DNA of 64,000 bases, from the NCBI GenBank assembly GCA_025558095.1, contig JAIVFI010000003.1, forward strand, positions 310,001 through 374,000. The letters run 5' to 3'. Below are positions 1 to 9,485 of this stretch, in pieces. How positions within the stretch are numbered: position 1 is the first letter of the stretch; each line of letters starts with the position of its first letter. The position numbers were made by a program, and so were the translations under genes. Origin of the DNA: Hyaloraphidium curvatum SAG 235-1. Lineage: Eukaryota > Fungi > Monoblepharomycota. A model generated the notes under the pieces. It was not told the DNA's origin, did not search any database, and worked only from the letters and a program-made list of their open reading frames with translations.

Positions 1-895
1 GAAGTTGGTGCCCGAAAAGTATCATGATTTCCTGAGGTCTTCGAAGCGCAGGACGTGGAGTAGCTTCCCCCTCACCGGCTGGGAGTGGATTTGGAAATCA
101 ATTTGCTGCCAGGAACAACACCTCCAACTGGAGAATCATTCCCCTGAACGCCAAAGAACTCTCAGATTTGCGAGAATACGTGGACAGCAGAAGAGGGTTC
201 ATCAGACCGAGTTCTGCTTGCGCTCCCTTTTTCTACGTGAAAAACAACGGCAGGGATCCCAGCCTTATGATCAATTATCAAGGCCTCAATGTGATCACGG
301 TTCCAGACAACTACAGCCTGCCATTGCTGACGGAGCTATGGACACATTGGACAGAGTTGCCGGAGCAAAGATCTTTACCAAAGTTGATCTAGCAGCAGCC
401 TACCAAGTCAGAGTTGCAGGAGGCCATGATTGAAAAACTGCATTCAAAACTCGCTACGGAAGCAACGCGTGCATGGTGATGCCACTTGGGCTCAGGGACG
501 CACCCAGTGCTTTTCAGCGCTACATGAACACGATTTTATCGAGCTCCTGGACGACTGGTTGGTGATCTACTTGGATGACTTGCTGGTGTACAACAAAGAC
601 CCAAGTAACCACGCAGAGCACGTGAAGAGTGCTGCAGGTGTTGAAGGACAACAACTTGCAGGCCAAGCCACATAAATGCGTCGGGGACGCAACGGAAGTC
701 ATCTACGCAGGTTTCCTGATCACGGAGAAAGGGTACCAGCCACACCCGAAAATGACAAGGCCATCCTGGATTGGGCGGAACCCAGGAATGTAAAGGAACT
801 GTCTGAGGACGTTTCTTGGCTTTGCCAGCTACCTGCAAAGACATACACGTGGAAGGGTTTGCAAGGAAAGCAACGCCCCTCTACAAGTTGTTGAA
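1..895 (+). pseudogene. Degenerate Ty3/Gypsy pol (reverse transcriptase) fragment
   Basis: Frameshifted pieces read [65 protein letters not shown] (YLDD catalytic motif) and AILDWAEPRNVKEL. Multiple stops/frameshifts; CpG-poor. Confidence 0.9.
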
Positions 896-936
896 GAAAG
901 AGCAAGCATGAACAGAATAGAATGTGGAAATGGGTA

Positions 937-2458
937 TGGTATTGGTGACCCGGACCTGCCCCTGGCTTGGCCGCTATTACACCACCATTGGTTTGTTTAG
1001 CTATGTCGACCTATCTGCCTCCTCCTTCCCTTGAATCCACAGTATGCTCCAGTCCCGCCGGTGTTGTTTGCTGGCAGGAAAACCTTCCCACGAAGGTGAA
1101 AAACCTTCCAGAAAGAATGAGGAGTTTGGTTCGGTTTGGGTTTTGGGACCTTCGTTCCCATCCAGCGGGCACAATGTCAGGCATGCAGCTTCATCTAGGT
1201 CCTGAAAAGTTCAGTGTTGGTTCTGGTCAAAAGGTGCTGGATTTGCCGTGTAGGCGAACAAAGAGCCGTAGGACTCCTGCCTCCATCCCCGTGTGTTTTG
1301 GAGTCGCCGTGCAGGCGAGCAAAGAGCTGTAGGGCTCCTGCCTCCATCCCTGTGTTGGCCGCTTACGTGTCCAGAGACCGGAATCCCCGGATATGTCGTT
1401 GTTTGCGCCGCGGCCCCTCCTTGAAGAGGCGCACCGGCGGGCAGTCAGCAGCGTTTAGCTAATTGCAAAGTTCATCGCCGTCGTGCATCTCTTTCATTTT
1501 CCCCGTTTTCTGTCGTTCATGGACTTTGAGATGAAGCTGGCAATGGAGTTGAGGGCCTTCTCCTTTTGCCGCCTCACTTTGATCGTGGGCTCGAACTCCT
1601 TGATGCTAAGAGCCCAGAGCCAGGTCAACATGTTCCACTCGCGGCCCAGTGTATCCAGTCTGGTCTGCAGCTTCTGGCGCCGCTCTGCATTTGCTGAACA
1701 GTGAAACAGAAAGTGTTGTTCGTCTCCAATGTGCTCAGGGTCATGCTTGCACGTTCTCTGCTGCACCTCAAGTCCTTGGTGCCTGCCTGTCTCCACCTCC
1801 AGGTCGTGGGTAGAGCACAGCAACTTTTGGACATCCCTCCGGTGCTTCTCCACCCGGATCAGGGATGGTCCGATGTGGCCAAAGGTCATGTCACACATCC
1901 TCCAAAAGTGCAGTTTGTCGTTGTCCTTGAGCCTCTGGGCATTGATCTCCCTGAACTTGCCCTTCACAAGATTCTCCACAGTCTCCTTGGGCCATGAGAA
2001 AGTGTCCTTCTCCCACATCTCCCTCCCATCTTCGCCGCCATAGTATACAAGTAGTTCCCTCAGGAAGGCAGCCCAGTTCCAGGACCCCTTCAGTGCCTCG
2101 ATCTTGAGTCCTTGTAGAGCAGGTACAATGCAGGGTCAGCTGTTTTGATGCGCATGAGGAACTTGAGAGCCGACTCATGGTCATGAACTGCAAGAGGGTA
2201 CTGGCCGCATACAGACACGCCAGGGAGGTAGATTTGGGCTGATGAGTGAAAGCACGAAGGGCCATGCATGTCACTTTGTCCCTGGTGCTTTCCCCGGCAA
2301 GGTACTCCTACTTCGGCATCTCCACAATGAACGGGATCCCATATTGGCCCACCGCCTTGACCTTCGTGTTGTAGAGCTTGAGCTGGAGGTCAGGACTCAT
2401 CCCAGGCTGCTCCCTGATGTCGCGGACCGGAGCCAGAGCCTATCTGCGGCGTTCATCT
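937..2458 (-). mobile_element. Decayed non-LTR (LINE) element, 3' part: RT C-terminus, Cys/His knuckle and 3' UTR
   Basis: Minus-strand pieces read LQLKLYNTKVKAVGQYG (RT thumb-like) and, in ORF 1494-2018, QRTCKHDPEHIGDEQHFLFHC (LINE C-terminal zinc-knuckle-like). Joins the RT at 8039-8850 once the Copia is removed. Confidence 0.8.
1004..1452. mobile_element. 449-bp insertion flanked by a 9-bp direct repeat (GTTTAGCTA)
   Basis: GTTTAGCTA occurs at 995-1003 and 1453-1461. The homologous copy at 8910-9183 lacks this segment. There is an internal ~60-bp tandem duplication at ~1261-1362. Confidence 0.6.
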
Positions 2459-2682
2459 TGTTGGAGTGGCTATGGGGCGTGGGGAAGACGTAGCCCCAGT
2501 GGTCTGAACCGGGTCAGAACTCAGATGGACGGGATGGGGAGAGGGACAGTTTCACGTTGACCCGTTGTCCATTCCCTTGCGATGACAAGTCCCTAGATGA
2601 CCCCTCCGGTCGTACCCAAGTATCCCCACACGCCAATAGACTCCCTATTGATACAGAATCGTAGCAACGATCCATTCCAACA
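2459..2682 (-). repeat. 3' LTR of Copia element (224 bp)
   Basis: Runs TGTTGGA...TCCAACA and appears identical by eye to 7810-8033. Confidence 0.97.
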
Positions 2683-2690
2683 CTCCCCCT
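2683..2690 (-). other. Polypurine tract (AGGGGGAG)
   Basis: Purine run on the minus strand immediately upstream of the 3' LTR. Confidence 0.85.
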
Positions 2691-2730
2691 CGTTGCAAGA
2701 TTCCCAAGAAGTGTCCAGAAATCCCCAAAG

Positions 2731-5700
2731 TTAGTCACGAATCTCTACAATTCCCATAAGTGCCCTGAAACGTTGAAACTTCTCCCTTGGTAGCTGTTTG
2801 GTGAGCAGATCCGCAAGCTGGTCCTCTGTGTTGATGTACTCCAGCTGTATCTCTCCACTATCAATTTTCTCCCTCACAAAATGGTACTGCACTCCAATGT
2901 GCTTGGTACGTTCATGAAAGACAGGATTCTGCGCCAGCTTGATAGCCCCCTCATTGTCCTCCTTGATGACTGTTGGCCCTTGCTGAGGAAATCCCAATTC
3001 CTCCAATAAACTCCTTAGCCACGCAACTTGACGTCCAGCATAAGATAGAGCCATGTACTCGGCCTCTGTTGTTGAAAGAGCCACCACTGGTTGCAGTTGC
3101 GACTTGTAGATGATAAGACCGTTCCCCATCATCACTACAACCCCAGTTGTTGACTTCCCAGTGTCAAGATCCCCAGCAAAACTGGCGTCTGCATATCCAT
3201 GCAATGCTTTGGTCATGTCCAGATTCGGATCCCTCTTGTAAACCAAGCCAAAATCAGCTGTTCCCTTCAAGTATCTGGTTGTCTTCTTGACTTGCTCCAC
3301 TGCTTCACGAGTAGGTGCCATCCCATGACGGCTCTCCGTGATAATAGGTAAGGCAATGTCTGGCCTGGTGAAGTTCATAGCATACATCCAACTTCCCACC
3401 ATTGATCTGAACGGAAAACGTCCGATTTCCTGCTCCTCAGCAGCAGACAACTCCGTCTTCCGTTTCCTGAGCTTCACCCCAACGTCCATAGGTACAGAAA
3501 CTGCATTGCAAGTGTCCATTCCGAAGTCCTCCAAGGCTTTCTTGATGTAGTTGGACTGCTTGATTGTGATTGTTCCAGCCTTCTCGTCCTGCTTGATTTC
3601 CAAAGCCAGGAACTTTTTCATGCGACCCATATAACGTATCTTAATCCGCTTTCCCAGCTCCTCAAGAAATGCAATCGTCCGTTTTTCGTCCGTTGAGCTA
3701 CATCCAAAGTCGTCCACATGAATAATCATCAAAAGAAACCAATCATCTTGCCGCAGAAAGTAGATGCAGTACTCCTTTGAGCAACGTATAAGCCCCATCT
3801 CCGTGAGTATCTCGTGCAGGTGTCTGTGCCAAGCACGTGCAGCTTGCACAAGTCCATAAACCGCGACTCCAGGTCGAATTACAGTAGGTCTTCCATCAGT
3901 AAACTCAGGTAAATCCATCCCTTGAGCTGGATACAAGTAAACTTCCTCGTTCTCCTGGAGCTTAGCCTGTAGGAATGCCGCGTTTGCATCTGCCTGATGT
4001 ACAATCATGTTGTTCTGAGCAGAAAGCCAAAAGAAAAGCCGTACAGCAGCAGCAGAAGGTACAGGTGCAAAGGATTGACCAAAAGAAGATGGATCCTGCC
4101 AATCACCCCTTGCCACCCATCGAGCCTTGTAGTTTTCCTCCCCCACAATGCTGCCATCAGCTCCAGGTTTGAGGTCAAATACAAATTGGCTTCCAACCGC
4201 GAATTTTTCCTTGCCCTCAGGCAAGCCCATGATGTTGTACGCATCTCTGCTCTTGAAGTTGCCAATCTCACGTTCCATTGCCTTGGCCCACATCTCACGA
4301 TCCTCTGAACGCATTGCCTCTGCATAGTTCCGTGGTACACGTGCTCCAGTGCTTGCAGCAAAGATTCCATCCATGTGTGCCATGTCCTCCCAAGTTGGTA
4401 GGTGTCCCTGCCAGTCCAGGTGGTCCTGGACCTCCTCCATCAGGAAATTGATCGATTCCAGCGTGATCACGTTGATCTCCTTCTCGTTGCTCGTGTTGGG
4501 GGCTTTCCACCACTCCCCAGGAGGTCTTGGAGCTCTGCTGGATGACCTTGTAGGTAAAGGTATCTTAGAGCCCGTTCCAGCCGCCCCAGCGCCTCCCTGA
4601 GCTCCGCTGCTTGATGAAGATGCTCCTCCAGGCTCCCCACGTTGGTCTGTGGCTTCCCTAGCCGCACGATCACCAGAAAGTTGCGATCCACCAACTGCCT
4701 TTCCTCCCCCTGGATTGCCACTTCCACTGTTCCCAGAGCCTCTTCCACGAGCCACCAGCTCGTCCTCACTTTCGCTCTGAGCTCGTTGATCGCGTGACAG
4801 ACGTAAATCCGCGCCTCGGCTGCCGGAACTTGAAGATTGATGTTGAGTACCTCCAACTTCCAGTCTTTGACCTCCTCCCCCGGCCTCCTGGCGCTCAGGT
4901 TGACGCTGCACACGGTCTCCCTGTGTCCCACGATGCTCCTGGTTGCCGTCGTCGATTGGATCTGCGGAACGGACCCGCCGTGGCGTCTCCGGTGACGCCT
5001 CCAATTCCTCAGGCTGCGCCGACTCCTCCACTGCAAGTCGACGGTTCAATACAGCGCTCGGGTCCGCGTCCTCAGGTAGTTTTTCGACCGAAACTCTGCT
5101 TTCCAGAACCTGCATGTAGCTCTTGAGCGTCTTGTTTGACCAGCGTTCCTCGAAAACGACATCACGTGAGTCAAAAATCCGCCCGGTCTCAAGATTCTGG
5201 ACCGTAAATGCCTTCGATCGCGAGCTCATTCCCAGGTAGCGGCATTGTACCGCCTTAGCATCCCATTTGCCGCGCTTATCCTTGTCGACGATCGCGTAAC
5301 ACGTTTCTCCGAAACGTCGGATGTGGCTAATGTTCGCCCGTCTCCCAGTCAGCAGTTGAAACGGCGTAGACCCTTTCTGCCACGTCTTTGTGTTCGGCAA
5401 ACGATTCCGTGTGTTGATGTGATGATGCAGTGCGTATCCCCATAACGACTTCGGCGCTTTCGAGTCGATCAGGATGGTCCGGGTCCCTTCCTCAGCCGTC
5501 CGGTTCCGCCGCTCAATGACTCCGTTCTGCGCAGGCCGATTCGTTACCGACGATTCCAACTTGATTCCCTCGTTCTTGCAGTACGCTTCGAGCCGTTTTG
5601 ACGAGAATTCACCTCCGGGATCGACCCGCATGCATCCGACCTTTAGGCTGAACTGGTTCTTCACCCACTCGGCAAAGTGCATCATCCAGTCCTCCGCCTC

Positions 5701-7635
5701 CGATTTGTGCTTCAATAGGAACGCAAACTCCGCAGAAGTGTACTCGTCGACTGCATGCAATGCCCAGCGTTCTCCATGCACCGTTGCAACGTCCGATTGT
5801 ATCAGGTCCCAGTGAGTCAGCTCAAACGGCCGCGAGACTTTCCGCTCCGACTCCGGATAGGGCAACTGATGCATCTTCCCCATCACGCACTCCTTACAGA
5901 AGTTGTTGTGGTTTCCAGCAAACACGTACTCCTCCAATCCATCCACAATCCCAGCCTGTTGAACCTTCCTGAGTGCCGCGATCGGGTAGTGCCCGCAGCG
6001 CCCATGCGCAATCTCCGCGCTCAAATCCCCTTCCTGAGCACTCAGCATGATCTGTTCGTCATGCTCGTTGAGGATTTCCGCGTTGAGATAGTAAACGTGA
6101 CGATCTATGCGGCAAGTGCCCCGCACGTCGCCGCCCTTGGTGATGGCCCCTCCATCCGGACCCAGAAGCGTGTAGTATCCCATCTGCCCTAGTCTCCCAA
6201 TCGAAATGAGCGTTGCAGGAAGATCTTTGATGAAAAGCACATCTTCCAGGGTGACGATGTCGCCAGAATTGGTGAGCTTGATCTTGAGCTTTCCGACTTC
6301 GATCGCACGCGCGATCCCTTTTCCCATTCGAACATCAACTGCATCGCACGGCTTGATGCCGTAGAGCAGTTCCCTGATTCCCGTCGCGTGCACGGACGCG
6401 CCGCTATCCCCCATCAGCCTGCCGCGCATCTCCTGGCCCGTCTTCGCCGCGTGCACGACGTGTTCCGGGGGTTTTTCGTATCCACCGTCCCCCGTCGTCT
6501 CCCCATCGTTTCCCTCGATTCCGCCCTCCATCATGAACAGGAACGCGCCGAATCGATCTTCCAGATCGGGGAGATCGCCCAGGGTGAGCGTGTTCTGCTG
6601 CTCTCGTGCCGTTTTCCCATCGTCCTTCCTCCAGCACACGGCCTCGAGATGACCGTCCTTTCCGCACTTGTTGCAGGTTTTGTCACGATGGGTGCAGTCC
6701 TTCTTGACGTGTCCACCCTTCCCGCAGCAGAGGCACGTGATTCCCGAGCCGTTTTCGCCCTCCGCCGTGGCCTGCCGACCCCCGCGATTTCCGAACCCTC
6801 GCCCGCGACCCCTTGAACCCCCGCGGTCACCTCCATGGCCACCCCGTGATCCTCCGCGACCCCTGCCACGGTTTAGAGCGTACATCAACGTGTTTGGAGC
6901 GGGATTCACGGTTATGTTGGCTGCCCCAGGTGAGTACGTATCACCATTTTGCTCAGCTCGCTTGATCATAGTCTCCTCTTCCATCTCCATCCTCTTCTGA
7001 AGGTATGCAACGTTCAAGATAGGGTGTTTCTTCACTCCATTTTCAGTCTTCCACTCGTGTTTGGTCTGTGCTCCCAGCCAAATGCCGTCAATCTCGGCCC
7101 GAACTTGATCGAACTCAGGTAGGTCCTTCAGGACTTTCCTCCAGATGCTCATATCATCGTCATCTCCCTTCAGCTTTCCCAGTGCTTCAACTTCCATCTT
7201 TTTCTGCATGAAGCGGGTAAAATTCGGAGCCACCCGGTCGGTTTTGATGAACTCAAAGCTGTAGTACTGGACCTCGGCGTTCCCTTGCTGCGCCACATTT
7301 TCCGTCACGAAACGCTTCTCTAGGTAGTCCCAGATGTCCTTAGCAGTGTCCATCCTGCTGCAGATCCTTTTGAGACCAATAGAGAGTGATCCTACCAGGA
7401 TCCCTTGAGCTTTCTGGTCCTTCGTGTTCCAGGCTGACAAATCATCTTCCGTCTTTCCTCCCTGCCCTACCACGGGCTTTGCCACCTTTCCAGTCACAAT
7501 TTGCCAGTCACTCTCCCTCTGGAGCTTGGCCTTGATGTCAATTAACCAATCCTGGTAATTGGTTTGTGATCCGGTTTCCTCGAGCTTGGCCCCCCCAAAC
7601 AATGCCACACGGGTTCCTCCGACCGAAATCTCCAT
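2731..7635 (-). CDS. Copia gag-pol polyprotein, 1634 aa (gag, 2 CCHC knuckles, protease, integrase, RT, RNase H)
   Basis: Motifs in Copia order (IN before RT): NYQDW gag; CLCCGKGGHVKKDC and CNKCGKDGHLEAVC; DSGAS protease; HGRCGH..CKEC plus D-D-E integrase (HWDL/VDPGGEF/IERRN); IHVDDF RT; YADAS/TTEAEY/QLADLLTK RNase H. Confidence 0.98.
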   Translation of the reverse strand: MEISVGGTRVALFGGAKLEETGSQTNYQDWLIDIKAKLQRESDWQIVTGKVAKPVVGQGGKTEDDLSAWNTKDQKAQGILVGSLSIGLKRICSRMDTAKDIWDYLEKRFVTENVAQQGNAEVQYYSFEFIKTDRVAPNFTRFMQKKMEVEALGKLKGDDDDMSIWRKVLKDLPEFDQVRAEIDGIWLGAQTKHEWKTENGVKKHPILNVAYLQKRMEMEEETMIKRAEQNGDTYSPGAANITVNPAPNTLMYALNRGRGRGGSRGGHGGDRGGSRGRGRGFGNRGGRQATAEGENGSGITCLCCGKGGHVKKDCTHRDKTCNKCGKDGHLEAVCWRKDDGKTAREQQNTLTLGDLPDLEDRFGAFLFMMEGGIEGNDGETTGDGGYEKPPEHVVHAAKTGQEMRGRLMGDSGASVHATGIRELLYGIKPCDAVDVRMGKGIARAIEVGKLKIKLTNSGDIVTLEDVLFIKDLPATLISIGRLGQMGYYTLLGPDGGAITKGGDVRGTCRIDRHVYYLNAEILNEHDEQIMLSAQEGDLSAEIAHGRCGHYPIAALRKVQQAGIVDGLEEYVFAGNHNNFCKECVMGKMHQLPYPESERKVSRPFELTHWDLIQSDVATVHGERWALHAVDEYTSAEFAFLLKHKSEAEDWMMHFAEWVKNQFSLKVGCMRVDPGGEFSSKRLEAYCKNEGIKLESSVTNRPAQNGVIERRNRTAEEGTRTILIDSKAPKSLWGYALHHHINTRNRLPNTKTWQKGSTPFQLLTGRRANISHIRRFGETCYAIVDKDKRGKWDAKAVQCRYLGMSSRSKAFTVQNLETGRIFDSRDVVFEERWSNKTLKSYMQVLESRVSVEKLPEDADPSAVLNRRLAVEESAQPEELEASPETPRRVRSADPIDDGNQEHRGTQGDRVQRQPERQEAGGGGQRLEVGGTQHQSSSSGSRGADLRLSRDQRAQSESEDELVARGRGSGNSGSGNPGGGKAVGGSQLSGDRAAREATDQRGEPGGASSSSSGAQGGAGAAGTGSKIPLPTRSSSRAPRPPGEWWKAPNTSNEKEINVITLESINFLMEEVQDHLDWQGHLPTWEDMAHMDGIFAASTGARVPRNYAEAMRSEDREMWAKAMEREIGNFKSRDAYNIMGLPEGKEKFAVGSQFVFDLKPGADGSIVGEENYKARWVARGDWQDPSSFGQSFAPVPSAAAVRLFFWLSAQNNMIVHQADANAAFLQAKLQENEEVYLYPAQGMDLPEFTDGRPTVIRPGVAVYGLVQAARAWHRHLHEILTEMGLIRCSKEYCIYFLRQDDWFLLMIIHVDDFGCSSTDEKRTIAFLEELGKRIKIRYMGRMKKFLALEIKQDEKAGTITIKQSNYIKKALEDFGMDTCNAVSVPMDVGVKLRKRKTELSAAEEQEIGRFPFRSMVGSWMYAMNFTRPDIALPIITESRHGMAPTREAVEQVKKTTRYLKGTADFGLVYKRDPNLDMTKALHGYADASFAGDLDTGKSTTGVVVMMGNGLIIYKSQLQPVVALSTTEAEYMALSYAGRQVAWLRSLLEELGFPQQGPTVIKEDNEGAIKLAQNPVFHERTKHIGVQYHFVREKIDSGEIQLEYINTEDQLADLLTKQLPREKFQRFRALMGIVEIRD

Positions 7636-7796
7636 CCCGGCCGCCGCAGCACCTCTAGTGCTTCACGCGCTCTTTCTAGCGCCCACTGAGTCCACCCAGG
7701 CGGTCCTGGAGACCAGACTCAGCTGGATGCGGTCCCCTCGGCTGGTTGCGCCACACGCAACTTCAAAGCCGCGCAAAAGTGTTCTGGACACCCTTT

Positions 7797-7809
7797 GGGC
7801 TCATAGACC
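7797..7809 (-). other. Primer-binding site GGTCTATGAGCCC (tRNA-iMet anticodon-arm type)
   Basis: Directly follows the 5' LTR. Complementary, with one extra base, to the GGGCTCATAACC anticodon arm of initiator tRNA-Met. Confidence 0.7.
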
Positions 7810-8033
7810 TGTTGGAGTGGCTATGGGGCGTGGGGAAGACGTAGCCCCAGTGGTCTGAACCGGGTCAGAACTCAGATGGACGGGATGGGGAGAGGGACAG
7901 TTTCACGTTGACCCGTTGTCCATTCCCTTGCGATGACAAGTCCCTAGATGACCCCTCCGGTCGTACCCAAGTATCCCCACACGCCAATAGACTCCCTATT
8001 GATACAGAATCGTAGCAACGATCCATTCCAACA
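7810..8033 (-). repeat. 5' LTR of Copia element (224 bp)
   Basis: Direct repeat of 2459-2682. Confidence 0.97.
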
Positions 8034-8038
8034 CATCT

Positions 8039-8850
8039 TGGCCTCCCTCCCAGTTGACGTGAGCTGGTACCCCAGGAGCTTCACACGGTGAGGTATCCTC
8101 CTGGCCATCCACTCTGTTTAGCTGACGTTGATCTCCAGCCCATATGCAGACAGAAGATCCAGCTGCATCTAAGCATCCTTCACCGTCTTCGAGGTCAAAG
8201 TGGTGTCGTCTGCAAAGAACAAAGCCAGCAAGCTGACCATCCTCTCCTGATCCTCCTTCTCCTCAAACACCATGCCCAGATCCATCTCTTTTGCACCATT
8301 GGCCTCCATGAAAGCAGCAATATCATTGATGAACAAGATGAAAAACAGCGACAAGAGTTGGTCCCCTTGTTTCACTCCAGTCAGGAACTTGATGAAGTCC
8401 GACTTGGTGCCGTCCTCATCCAGGAGCCTTCCCCACACACGCCCAAACGCCATCTCGAACATGACAGCAACCTGTTTGGGTACACCCATCTCCTCCAGCT
8501 TCTTCCACAACCTCGGGCGCTCCACCGTGTCAAAAGCCTTTGTGAAGTCTACAAACACCATGATCAGCTTCTCCTTGCGTGCCTTGGCCAAGGAGAAGAA
8601 GAGCGCCTCAGCAAGGAAACTGTGTGAGGGGGTTGACACCCTCCGTGCACGGAATCCAAACTGCAAGCTCTTCCGCTCCCACTTCTCCATGATGAGGGAT
8701 CTCAGCTCAAGAAGCAAGGCGTGACAGCTTGGGGTCAATCTCGGTCCTTTCCACCATATCTGCAAAGCCGTTCAGGATCTGAATCAGCCTCCTCATGGAT
8801 GCTGACCTTGTCGTACGTACTTCCTCTTTGCCTCCTTGTTCACCGCCACC
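8039..8850 (-). pseudogene. LINE reverse transcriptase fragment (5' part of the element split by the Copia)
   Basis: ORF 8169-8765 has QFGFR, VFVDFTKAFDTV, GVKQGD..SLFFILFIND and FADD, the canonical non-LTR RT motifs, followed by stops. Confidence 0.92.
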
Positions 8851-8909
8851 ATGATCTAAAAAGCTGATTGCACTTGGCTGAGCCAGCCTCCATCTGCTCG
8901 TACTCCGGA

Positions 8910-9183
8910 GCCAGAAGCTGCAGACCAGACTGGAAGCACTGGGCCGCGAGTGGAACATGGAGACCTGGCTCTGGGCTCTTAGCATCAGGGAGTTCGAGCC
9001 CACGATCAAAGTGAGGCAGCAAAAGGAGAAGGCCCTCAACTCCATTGCCAGCTTCATTTCAAAGTCCATGAAGGACAGAAAACAGGGAAAATGAAAAAGA
9101 TGCACGATGACAAACTTCAAATTAGCAGCAAACTGATGGTGTAACAGCGGCCAAGCCAGGGGCAGGTCCGGGTCACCAATACT
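8910..9183 (+). repeat. Second, inverted copy of the LINE 3' end
   Basis: Its reverse complement matches 1462-1678 (QKLQTRL..GREWNM.TWLWALSI.EFEPTIKVR) and 937-1003. Confidence 0.9.
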
Positions 9184-9485
9184 ATTCACGTTGGTATGCA
9201 TGGACTCCTTCACCCACACCCCATCCCAGAGATTTGGCATGATTGCGAGGAGCTGGAAGTGGCAGGGCAGGTGTTTGCCACGCAACTTGCTCTCCTTTCC
9301 AGCCGGGCAGGTTAGGTTGGCCTCGATGGTCATGCTCGGAACCATGTGGCTTTGTGGCAAATGCATAGTCCAGGGTGATGTCACGGTTGCCGTCCTTCCC
9401 TGCACGGGTTATCGCTCCGGGCTCTAGCCCTCCCCCCCTGGCCCCAGTACATGAGCTTTTGCATGATGTAGCACGAACCTGGCCA

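Larger units (their letters stand above)
2459..8033 (-). mobile_element. Full-length Ty1/Copia LTR retrotransposon
   Basis: TG...CA LTRs at 2459-2682 and 7810-8033; 5-bp TSD CATCT at 2454-2458 and 8034-8038; PBS, PPT and a single intact gag-pol ORF. Confidence 0.98.
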
